In this document: positions 21,000 to 29,386 of the stretch, one piece after another
Position numbering within the stretch: position 1 is the stretch's first letter
Layout of the letters: each line of letters starts with the position of its first letter
Origin: Arcobacteraceae bacterium
GTDB taxonomy: Bacteria; Campylobacterota; Campylobacteria; Campylobacterales; Arcobacteraceae
Direction: 5' to 3'
DNA: 64,000 nt
Assembly: GCA_048268245.1 (NCBI GenBank)
Contig: JBLWVX010000005.1
Span: 42,186 to 106,185, forward strand
The notes under the pieces: generated by a model
What the model was told of the DNA's origin: nothing
Database searches by the model: none
What the model saw: the letters and a program-made list of their open reading frames with translations, nothing else
Translations under genes and position numbers: made by a program

Positions 21000-21902
21000 T
21001 TAATGATAATTTATATAGTAGGGTTGCTCTTCTATTTTTTGACTACCAACATTTTCAAAACCAAGTATTTTTTTTGGTGTCATTAATGGTTTTATATCAT
21101 TGTTATAAAAGATTTTAAATCCACCTATAGCTCTGTTTGTTTGTTCTCTTGCATATAAGGCATTGTAGATTTTAACTTTTACTCCTGCTTGTCCATGTCC
21201 ATCTATATTATAAATTAGTTTTATGTTTTTATAGTTTTTTATATCATCTTTTTGTCTTAACATTCTTTTATGGAACATATGAACTATGATTTTTTTAGCA
21301 GTTTTAATATCATTTTCTTTTAGGTATGAACTTACATACTCTTGAAGTTCATTTAACTCTTTAGCTTTTACATGGCCTACATATTTTCCTGGTGGGTATC
21401 TTCTATGTGTTGGGATTCTAAATTCTGGATCAATAGCTAAGTGTACATTTTCATACTTTAGATATTTAAGAAGTGGTTCTACTGCTTCTTTTGGTGTTTT
21501 TACTGATAATTGAACATCTAAAATTACAGCAAAGTTTTCTTTTCGGGCTCTTTTTATATATTTTAATACTGTTTTTTCACTCATTCCTAAAAGGTAATCA
21601 TTTCTTCTACCTGGGTCTTTTGTTGCAAGGGAGTGAATAATATGAAATGCCATCTTTACTTTAATATTTTTATTAAAAGACTCTAAATCTTTTTTATAGT
21701 ATTTTTGTTTCTCTCTCATTTTAATAACAAGTTCATCAATATTATTTTCTCCTAAAATACCTAAAGATTTACTATTTGGTCTTCCATAAAAGCCAACTAA
21801 AACTTCATTTTTATAGCTTTTTGAATACTCTGTAGTTTTGGCATTTAGTGTATTTAAGAAAAGTAGGGCTATAAGACTTATAAAGCATAGTATTTTATTC
21901 AT
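21000..21902 (-). CDS. Exported conserved hypothetical protein
   Basis: Signal peptide; motifs VGFYGRP..LGILGE, ILDVQ, HLAIDPEF, IDGHG suggest an enzyme-like barrel; function not assignable. Confidence 0.65.
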   Translation of the reverse strand: MNKILCFISLIALLFLNTLNAKTTEYSKSYKNEVLVGFYGRPNSKSLGILGENNIDELVIKMREKQKYYKKDLESFNKNIKVKMAFHIIHSLATKDPGRRNDYLLGMSEKTVLKYIKRARKENFAVILDVQLSVKTPKEAVEPLLKYLKYENVHLAIDPEFRIPTHRRYPPGKYVGHVKAKELNELQEYVSSYLKENDIKTAKKIIVHMFHKRMLRQKDDIKNYKNIKLIYNIDGHGQAGVKVKIYNALYAREQTNRAIGGFKIFYNNDIKPLMTPKKILGFENVGSQKIEEQPYYINYH

Positions 21903-22030
21903 TTTCTGCCTCGAAAAAAATTATTTTACTTTAAAGTATATTCTAATATCTTGAAATAAAATTTAAAATTTTCTAATAAGGCACTTTACAGTTAAATATT
22001 ATTAGTATTTCATTAAAAAAAGGAAAAGTT

Positions 22031-22726
22031 TTGCCAGGAAGATTAGCTGTATTTGATGATAACTCTTTTAAAGAAGACTCAAAATATTTGATAAAAAATG
22101 ATATGGTAGGAGTTTTACAAAAAAGATACAATATCCCACCAACTACACCTATTCCTGCACTTTTAAATAATGGTAACTATTTATATACTCATTTTGGTTT
22201 TTTACCTTCTTGGGCAAGTTCAAAATCTTCTATGAACATAAATGCAAGAAGTGAGAGTATTTATGAAAAAAAGACTTTTAGAGAAGCTTTTAGATTTAAA
22301 AGATGTATTATTCCTATAAATGGTTTTTATGAATGGCAAATAGAAGATAAAGAGAAAACACCTTTTTTTGTAAAAGACATGAAACATGACTATTTAGGTG
22401 TTGCTGGTATTTGGGATGAGTACTTTGAAGAGCAGTTAAATATGAATATTGTAACAGTAGCTTTAATAACTTGTGATGCAAATGATAAATTAGGAAAAAT
22501 TCATCATCGAATGCCAGTGATTTTAGAGAAAAAAGAGTTTTCAACTTGGCTTAAAAGTGATGACTTAAAAGAAGTAAATTCTCTTTTTAAAATCTATGAG
22601 TCAGAAAAACTAGACCTTTATGAAGTATCAAGTGATGTTAATAAAGTTCTATTTGACAAACCTTCATGTATTCAAAAAGTAGAAAAAAAAGAGTTTGAAC
22701 CTACTGGGCAGTTATCACTTTTCTAA
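22031..22726 (+). CDS. SOS response-associated peptidase (SRAP/YedK) family protein, Pro2 variant
   Basis: RYNIPPT, INARSESI.EK.TFR, RCIIPINGFYEW, IHHRMPVIL, VSSDVN; TTG start 6 nt after AAGGA; begins MPGR rather than MCGR. Confidence 0.9.
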   Translation: MPGRLAVFDDNSFKEDSKYLIKNDMVGVLQKRYNIPPTTPIPALLNNGNYLYTHFGFLPSWASSKSSMNINARSESIYEKKTFREAFRFKRCIIPINGFYEWQIEDKEKTPFFVKDMKHDYLGVAGIWDEYFEEQLNMNIVTVALITCDANDKLGKIHHRMPVILEKKEFSTWLKSDDLKEVNSLFKIYESEKLDLYEVSSDVNKVLFDKPSCIQKVEKKEFEPTGQLSLF

Positions 22727-23473
22727 AGCTTTAAACCATAAAATCCAAAGATTAGTGCATATCTTTTTATAAGCTTTTAGTTTTTCTTTGTGCTCCTTTT
22801 TTACGTTTTTAAAATACTCTTTTAATAAATACTTTTCTTGTTTTTTGTTTAGCTTATATTCTATACACAAAGCTGCTAAATCAAAAAATCTGTCATTAAC
22901 ACAAGCAAATTCCCAATCAATTAAAAAAGCTTTATTTCTATGAAAAAGTATATTTTTTAGGTTTAAATCATGGTGACATAAAACTAAATCTTTTTTATAC
23001 TTTTTTAAAGTATATAGTTGTTTTAAAGATTGACTAACAAGAGTTTTTGTTTTTTTATCTTTTAAGAGTTTTTTATAGTTCTTAAAATCTTTTTTTAAAT
23101 CATAAGGCTTTTGTTTTATTTTTATAGTATGAAGCTTTTTAAGAGTTCTTATAACTGCTTTTAAATGAGCTTTTTTAAGTTTTTCTTTGTGCTCACCTTT
23201 TATAAAATCACAGATCATTAATGAGTTTTTTTTATCTAAGATATAGGCTTTCGCACCTATATTTCTTTTGTAAGCTTTATTTTGTATTTTAAACTCAGTT
23301 TCTCTTTTTTTCTTTTCTTTATGGGTGTGTTTAAAAACTCTTATACTATAAGTTTTTTTGCTACTTTCTAGTTTGTATATGGTATTGCATACGCCTTGGT
23401 TTTCTAGAAGCTTTACACTTAAAAGCTCTTCACTTTTAAAAAGTCTATACTCTTTAAGCTTTTTGATCTTCAT
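22715..23473 (-). CDS. Choline/aminoglycoside-kinase-like phosphotransferase, possible thiamine kinase
   Basis: LCHHDLNLKNI and LIDWEFA motifs; overlaps the end of the PnuC-family gene. Confidence 0.8.
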   Translation of the reverse strand: MKIKKLKEYRLFKSEELLSVKLLENQGVCNTIYKLESSKKTYSIRVFKHTHKEKKKRETEFKIQNKAYKRNIGAKAYILDKKNSLMICDFIKGEHKEKLKKAHLKAVIRTLKKLHTIKIKQKPYDLKKDFKNYKKLLKDKKTKTLVSQSLKQLYTLKKYKKDLVLCHHDLNLKNILFHRNKAFLIDWEFACVNDRFFDLAALCIEYKLNKKQEKYLLKEYFKNVKKEHKEKLKAYKKICTNLWILWFKALEK

Positions 23474-24023
23474 AATCTTTTTTCCATTTTAAGTATGCTA
23501 CAAATGCAAGAACTGTATAAATTGCAAATAAAATAGCAGTTAGCTTTAAATCTTTTTGAATATAAATATAAATAGAAATAGTATCTATTACTATCCAATA
23601 AATCCAGTTTTCTAGTACTTTTTTTGCTAGCATGTATGTAGAAAATATTGCAAATACAGTAGTAAAAGAATCAATATAAGCAAAATCAGCATGGGTATAA
23701 GTTGCCATGATAAAGCCAAGTATTGAAGATATGATACTTAAAGCTATAATTATTTGTATGTTTTTCTTTATTCCATAGCTAGTAACTTCTAATTCTTTTT
23801 CTTGTAGTTTATTTCCATATCTCCAAGAATACCAACCATAAAGTGCCATAACTAAATAGTATACATTTAAAGCACTATCCATTAGAAGTGCTACATCAAA
23901 AAATATTATTGCATAAATAAGGGTTGAAAAAAATGCAGCTACCCAACACCATAAATTTTGTTTGATAGCAAGAAGTAGGTAAGCAATAGATAAACTCATA
24001 GCTATTGCTTCCCAATTTGACAT
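23454..24023 (-). CDS. pnuC: PnuC family vitamin transporter (nicotinamide riboside or thiamine)
   Basis: LAIKQNLWCW, YGWYSW, DSFTT, KVLENWIYWIVID; true start may be an in-frame ATC at 24065. Confidence 0.9.
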   Translation of the reverse strand: MSNWEAIAMSLSIAYLLLAIKQNLWCWVAAFFSTLIYAIIFFDVALLMDSALNVYYLVMALYGWYSWRYGNKLQEKELEVTSYGIKKNIQIIIALSIISSILGFIMATYTHADFAYIDSFTTVFAIFSTYMLAKKVLENWIYWIVIDTISIYIYIQKDLKLTAILFAIYTVLAFVAYLKWKKDYEDQKA

Positions 24024-24117
24024 AATTTTTAAATAATCAATTACAGGGGTAATAAAATCTTCGATAATAAATCCTTTTTATAAAAAAGGAAATATATCTA
24101 AAATGTTCTAAAAAAAA

Positions 24118-24666
24118 CTATTTATTTAAAAGCTCTTTTATTTTTGGTTCTATGTCTAAAGGTTTTGTAGTTGAACCATATCTTTCAACAACATTTCCTT
24201 TTTTATCAATAAGAAACTTTGTAAAGTTCCATTTTATGCTTTCAGTTCCAAATACTCCTGCCGCTTCTTTTTTCAGGTGAGTATATAAAGGGTGTTCATT
24301 ATCACCATTTACATCAATCTTAGAAAACATATCAAATTTTACACCAAATGTTAGGGTACAAAACTCTTTTATCTCTTCATTTGTTCCTGGTTCTTGGTTT
24401 GCAAACTGGTTTGAAGGAAAACCTAAAACCATAAAATTTTCATCTTTATATTTAGCATGAAGCTTTTCTAAGCCTTCATATTGAGAAGTAAAACCACATT
24501 TGCTAGCTACATTTACTATTAGAAGAACTTTGTCTTTATATTTTGACATGGAAATCTCTTTTCCCTCTATATCTTTTACTTTAAAATCATAAATACTCAT
24601 ACTATTCTCCTTAGCAAATAAAGTTCCAATTAACAATGAAAGTATTACAGTTAATTTTAATATCAT
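24118..24666 (-). CDS. Glutathione peroxidase family protein with signal peptide
   Basis: LLIVNVASKCGFTSQY, LGFPSNQF..QEPG, IKWNFTKFLID. Confidence 0.93.
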   Translation of the reverse strand: MILKLTVILSLLIGTLFAKENSMSIYDFKVKDIEGKEISMSKYKDKVLLIVNVASKCGFTSQYEGLEKLHAKYKDENFMVLGFPSNQFANQEPGTNEEIKEFCTLTFGVKFDMFSKIDVNGDNEHPLYTHLKKEAAGVFGTESIKWNFTKFLIDKKGNVVERYGSTTKPLDIEPKIKELLNK

Positions 24667-24729
24667 AATATGTTCCTTTATTTTAATAACATATTTTAAC
24701 GCAAATTACTGTTGTTTTGTATGTGTTTT

Positions 24730-25243
24730 TTATAAATTCACATTAACTTGGTTTCTTCCAAGCTCTTTTGATTTGTATAATGCTTTATCTGCTCTTGCAA
24801 TAATAGTGTCTAAGTTTTCATCAATATTTTTAATTTGGGATATTCCTATACTAATAGTTACTGGTATATCAAGCTTTTTATTTTTAAAGTTATTTTCACT
24901 AAAAAAGTTTCTAATATTTTCAGATAGATTTGATGCTCCTTGTATATCTGTATTATTTAAAATAATCATAAATTTTTCCCCACCTGTACGTGCTAGAATA
25001 TCTGACTTTCTAATTCTACTTTTAAGTGAACTTGAAACATACATCAATACTTCATCTCCTATTTGATGACCAAAGTCTAGTATTTACAATATTATTAAAA
25101 AGACTTGATGCTTCTTGAAAAAGTATTTTTTGAGATACTTTAATATAACTTACTTTTGTTTGATTAATATAGTTTACAATGATTACTGTAAATATAAAAA
25201 TTAAAGTGACTATAAAATAAATAATGAAGTTTTTGTTTTTCAT
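24730..25243 (-). pseudogene. Internally deleted membrane-anchored diguanylate cyclase
   Basis: N-terminal TM/sensor start (MKNKNFIIYF...NNIVNTRLW) joins out of frame to the distal half of a GGDEF domain (DFGHQIGDEVL...ARTGGEKF...ARADKALYKSKELGRN) at about 25070-25077. Confidence 0.8.
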
Positions 25244-25391
25244 ACTACTACCTATAATACTTATATAGATGTTGTATCATAAAATAATTTTATTATTTGC
25301 TATTTTGGGATATAAAATATACAACTTTTAGATAATAGATTGTAACTAAGTTGTTATAATAATAGTATATAATCCACTAAAAGGAGAAATT

Positions 25392-25490
25392 ATGGAAATT
25401 ATATATATCACATTTGCATGCATTTTTCTAGTTGGGATTACAGCTTGTTATATAGTAAAATTTTTTGGCAATTATGAAAAAACTATTTAG
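25392..25490 (+). CDS. Small single-TM membrane peptide (32 aa), absent from the ORF track
   Basis: AAGGAG 5 nt before ATG; MEIIYITFACIFLVGITACYIVKFFGNYEKTI; TATAAT hexamers upstream. Confidence 0.55.
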   Translation: MEIIYITFACIFLVGITACYIVKFFGNYEKTI

Positions 25491-26415
25491 CTTTTATAAC
25501 TTTGTTTCTTCCACTAGTTTTTGCTTCATATAAAGCTTCATCAGCTCTTGCAAAAGTTTGCTCTAAATTATCATTGTCCTTTTGCTCATTAAACTCAGCA
25601 ACACCTAAACTAACAGTATATTTTATTTTAGTATCTTCATCTATTTTAACTTCAGTATTTTGTATATATTCTCTAATTTTTTGAGCAACTGCATAAGCAT
25701 CTTCTATATTACAATCTTGAAGAAGTACAACAAATTCTTCTCCTCCAAACCTTGAAATAATATCACTATCTCTTAAGTTTTTTTCTAAAGCTCTTGCAAT
25801 ATGAATAATTACTTCATCTCCCACAAGGTGTCCATAGCTATCATTTATGTTTTTAAATTTATCTATATCTAAGACAATAAGCGAAAGACTTACATTATTT
25901 CTTTTGCTGTAAGATTTTATCTTTTTTGATTGCATTGAGAAGTATCTTCTATTTGAAAGTTTTGTTAATGGATCTCTATGAATCATTTCTACAAGTTCTT
26001 CATTTAGAAGTTCTAGTTTATGATTTGTTTCACAAAGATTTGTTGTATTGTATATAAATAAACAAACAAGCTCTTTATTTTTATCATAAGGTACAATAGT
26101 AATATTTTGTTGCATATATTTATATATACTATTAGTAATAGACTCTACTGGAATTTTTATTAGATATCTATTTGGATTCACATTATAAAAAGAAGGGTTG
26201 TTTGTAACTAAAACAGATTTTACTTTTCTTTTTAACTTTTTTTCATTTATGTAGTTATATAGTTCACAAATATTTTTATTTACAACATCTTCTTCTTTTT
26301 TGTATGTAAGTATTTCAAGCCATCTATTCCAAGCTAAGATATTTAGTTCTTTATCAAGTATTATAATTCCATTATCAACACTATTAAATATTACATCATT
26401 GTTTATATCAATCAT
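25483..26415 (-). CDS. PAS-domain diguanylate cyclase
   Basis: GIIILD..ILAWNRWLE PAS-like start; RDPLTKLSNRR, DIDKFK.IND.YGH..GD, RDSD I-site, GGEEF. Confidence 0.92.
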   Translation of the reverse strand: MIDINNDVIFNSVDNGIIILDKELNILAWNRWLEILTYKKEEDVVNKNICELYNYINEKKLKRKVKSVLVTNNPSFYNVNPNRYLIKIPVESITNSIYKYMQQNITIVPYDKNKELVCLFIYNTTNLCETNHKLELLNEELVEMIHRDPLTKLSNRRYFSMQSKKIKSYSKRNNVSLSLIVLDIDKFKNINDSYGHLVGDEVIIHIARALEKNLRDSDIISRFGGEEFVVLLQDCNIEDAYAVAQKIREYIQNTEVKIDEDTKIKYTVSLGVAEFNEQKDNDNLEQTFARADEALYEAKTSGRNKVIKAK

Positions 26416-26421
26416 TTATAT

Positions 26422-27042
26422 TTATAAATCCTCTAAAAACTGAGAGATTGATTCTCTTAAATATTCAGATGATTCATTTTTCGAAAGTATAATTAATTCA
26501 CCTTTTATATGTTCATCTTCAAAATTAAGCTCTGTAGAGATTATAATGATATTCTCATAACTTTTGTCAAAGCCATCATTGAAGTCTTTTATGTTTGAAA
26601 CTCTTTTTATATTTGGAGCTGAAAATGAAATATTCGCATCAATTAAAGAAGCTAATTTTCCTGATGTTACAGATGAAATGATATTTGTAACTTCTAAAAC
26701 AACATCTTTTATTTCATCATCATCAATTTCATCATCTTCTAAACCAAACTCTTTTGTAAGGTTATAGCTAGATTTTTCATCAATTATAAAAAGATTCTCT
26801 CCTGAAATATTTCCATGGATAAGTTGATTAGCTATAAAGTAAGTTCCATTTTCTACAATTTTTTCATTTAAGTGTTTAAGTAAACCTTCTGAAGTTACTG
26901 TATTAATTATTGGAATATTTAAAGTTGCAAACTTATCAATGATTTTAGATATGGCAGCAGTTGCTTCACCATAAGCAATATTCATTAATTCTTGTAAGCA
27001 GTCTCTTTCCTCTTCATTTAAATCAATAAGATTTTTGCCCAT
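26422..27042 (-). CDS. CheC-like phosphatase
   Basis: Two E-x2-N motifs: DCLQELMNIAYG and DVVLEVTNII. Confidence 0.85.
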   Translation of the reverse strand: MGKNLIDLNEEERDCLQELMNIAYGEATAAISKIIDKFATLNIPIINTVTSEGLLKHLNEKIVENGTYFIANQLIHGNISGENLFIIDEKSSYNLTKEFGLEDDEIDDDEIKDVVLEVTNIISSVTSGKLASLIDANISFSAPNIKRVSNIKDFNDGFDKSYENIIIISTELNFEDEHIKGELIILSKNESSEYLRESISQFLEDL

Positions 27043-27407
27043 TAGATTAATCCAAGTTTTTCAAGCATCTTTTTTAAATTTTCTAAGTTTATAGGTTTTT
27101 TTATAAAACCTAAAGCACCATTATCTTTAGCTTTTTGCATAGCTTGTTCTTGAATGTCAGCACTTACTATAATGATTTTAGAATCTTTATCAAATTCGCT
27201 AATTTGTTTAGTTGCTTCAAATCCATCAACTACTGGCATTGTTAAGTCCATAAAACAAATAGAAGGATTGTGCTCCTTGTAAAGCTCAATAGCTTCTTGG
27301 CCATTTGTAGCTTCTACAATATTTGAGTCATCACTTATTATCTCTTTTAAATTCTTAATTGTCATTTTTCTTGCTAGTTTAGAATCATCAACTACTAAAT
27401 ATGTCAT
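27042..27407 (-). CDS. Single-domain response regulator (CheY-like)
   Basis: LVVDDS, FMDLTMP, VSAD, FIKKP. Confidence 0.92.
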   Translation of the reverse strand: MTYLVVDDSKLARKMTIKNLKEIISDDSNIVEATNGQEAIELYKEHNPSICFMDLTMPVVDGFEATKQISEFDKDSKIIIVSADIQEQAMQKAKDNGALGFIKKPINLENLKKMLEKLGLI

Positions 27408-27516
27408 AAAGTATCCTCAATTAATTTCCAACATTGTAGCATAATAAATTTTGTTTTAATTTGAAAAAAGTGTTAGTTTGTAATGTTTTTTGTGATTTTA
27501 TATTTGTGTACGTAAA

Positions 27517-27594
27517 TGGTCGGGGCGAGAGGATTCGAACCTCCGGCCCCCTGGTCCCAAACCAGGTGCGCTAACCAGACTGCGCTACGCCCCG
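27517..27594 (-). tRNA. tRNA-Pro (anticodon TGG)
   Basis: Minus strand CGGGGCGTAGCGCAGTCTGGTTAGCGCACCTGGTTTGGGACCAGGGGGCCGGAGGTTCGAATCCTCTCGCCCCGACCA: full cloverleaf, TGG anticodon, encoded CCA. Confidence 0.98.
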
Positions 27595-27612
27595 ACGATT
27601 AATAAGGCGGGA

Positions 27613-27641
27613 ATAATACTATGTTTTTTAATAATTGTCAA
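27613..27641 (-). promoter_or_regulatory. Sigma70 promoter of tRNA-Pro
   Basis: TTGACA (27641-27636), 17 bp, TATTAT (27618-27613), then GC-rich discriminator CCCGCC. Confidence 0.8.
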
Positions 27642-27658
27642 GGGTATATGATAAAAAG

Positions 27659-28129
27659 TTACTGAATTTTTGAAATTTCAATATCATTTATGTTTTCTAC
27701 TAGTTTAAATAAGCTATTATCTTTCATTTCTAAATAACCTTTACTTTTAATTCTTCCTTTAGAATTATAAACAAATTTGTAGTTTTTATCAAAACTTACT
27801 GTAATAAACTTATCTTTTTTTACTTCTAATTTTTCAGTTTTCACATCATTTGCCATAGCTTTTTTTAAAATATATATAATTGCGTATTTATCTTTTTTAT
27901 ATTTTGTAGTTTCTTTATTTTTTATACCATTAAAATCTTCGTTATAAAAAACAAACTTGTCTTTTCCAAGTAAAAATCTTGCTATTGAATTTGTTACTTT
28001 TGCTTCTAAATAGTTCTCTTTTAATGAGCCAAAGTTTTCTATTTCGCCTAAAGTAATTCCTTTAAATTTTATAGAGTAGTTAGCAAAAGCAAAGTTTGCT
28101 AGTAGTAGAACTGGTAATAAAAATTTCAT
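27659..28129 (-). CDS. Exported hypothetical protein
   Basis: Signal peptide ending AFA; AAGGAAG RBS. Confidence 0.7.
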   Translation of the reverse strand: MKFLLPVLLLANFAFANYSIKFKGITLGEIENFGSLKENYLEAKVTNSIARFLLGKDKFVFYNEDFNGIKNKETTKYKKDKYAIIYILKKAMANDVKTEKLEVKKDKFITVSFDKNYKFVYNSKGRIKSKGYLEMKDNSLFKLVENINDIEISKIQ

Positions 28130-28181
28130 TTTCTTCCTTTAACATGTATCGTATATCTAAAAAGTGTATTTTTTGTGAGCC

Positions 28182-28685
28182 TTAGTTATTAAAGATACTT
28201 GTTTTTTCAATCAAAATATCATTGTGATTAACAAATCTTTCACATCTAAGTCCATTTATTTTTTTACAAATTAGTTGCCATTTTTTTGTATGTCCTGAAT
28301 TTTCTTTTGAAAAGTCACCTAAAAAAAACATAATAGCATGAGCATACTCATGTGGTAAAACATCATTTATCATATAATTAGAACTTTCTTTAAATCTTTT
28401 TTTGTTTAAATATATTTTTATACTGCCATTTTTTTCATATACTGCCATACCAAATCTATTATCATTCATATCACTTGATACTATAACTGGAAAGTCTTTT
28501 ATCACATTAAAATTAATTTTTGCTAAATATTTAAGTTCTTTTTGTTTTATTTTTATTTGTTGTATATATCTTTTATCTAAGGGGTTTTCAAAAAAAGTAT
28601 AATCTTTATACCAAATAAAAACTAATAGTGCAGCTGCACTAATAGTTATAAATAAAAATATTTTTTGTAGATTTTGAAAAAACAT
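28182..28685 (-). CDS. Membrane-anchored SprT-like zinc metalloprotease domain protein
   Basis: N-terminal TM; VLPHEYAH (HExxH) and GHTKKWQ. Confidence 0.8.
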   Translation of the reverse strand: MFFQNLQKIFLFITISAAALLVFIWYKDYTFFENPLDKRYIQQIKIKQKELKYLAKINFNVIKDFPVIVSSDMNDNRFGMAVYEKNGSIKIYLNKKRFKESSNYMINDVLPHEYAHAIMFFLGDFSKENSGHTKKWQLICKKINGLRCERFVNHNDILIEKTSIFNN

Positions 28686-28690
28686 TTGTT

Positions 28691-29164
28691 TTATCCAATT
28701 GTTTTTATTAAAATATCTCTGTAGTGATTTAACTCTTTCATTTTTGTATCATCTCCACCATTTATATCAGGATGATATTTTCTTGCTAATTCTTTGTATC
28801 TTTTTTTTACCTCTTCTTTTGTAGGCTCACTTGTGAAACCAAAAAAGTCTTTTGCTTGTTGTATTTCATTATATCTTGGCTGGTTTGCAAAATTCTGGAA
28901 ATCATTGGCATTGAAATTTTTAAAATCATTAAAGTTAAAGTTTGGATTTCCTCCTTGAGAAAATTCTTGACCATTAAACTTGAAGTGAAAACTATTTGAA
29001 CGTATTTTCTTTTTTAAATTATAGATAATTATAAATCCTATAATAAAGATAATACCAATTATCATCAAAAATGTTCCAAAGTTTGTAAATATTAAATATA
29101 AAATAAAAAATATTATTGAAAGTCTTACTAGTCTGTTAAATATATAAATAGCTGTATTGTTCAT
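28691..29164 (-). CDS. Membrane protein with C-terminal DnaJ (J) domain
   Basis: Two TM helices, N/F-rich linker, EVKKRYKELARKYHPD. Confidence 0.85.
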   Translation of the reverse strand: MNNTAIYIFNRLVRLSIIFFILYLIFTNFGTFLMIIGIIFIIGFIIIYNLKKKIRSNSFHFKFNGQEFSQGGNPNFNFNDFKNFNANDFQNFANQPRYNEIQQAKDFFGFTSEPTKEEVKKRYKELARKYHPDINGGDDTKMKELNHYRDILIKTIG

Positions 29165-29386
29165 AAAAATCTAAATCCTTTAAAATAAATATGTATTATA
29201 GTATTCTTTTTAAAATAAGTAAATTAAAGGTATTTCTTATATTAAAATTAATTATATTTATTAAATGTGTTACAAAAGTAATCATTAAAACTTTAAAAAT
29301 ATTGCTATTTAAATGCTATGCAAAAATTATCATAAAAATATCACATGCTAGGAATATTCTTTTTGAGTTAAAACAAGGAGGAATAC

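Noticed and set aside
24730..27516. Possible genomic island integrated at the 3' end of tRNA-Pro
   Set aside because: No duplicated tRNA 3' end and no phage-type integrase seen; neighbouring genes look native
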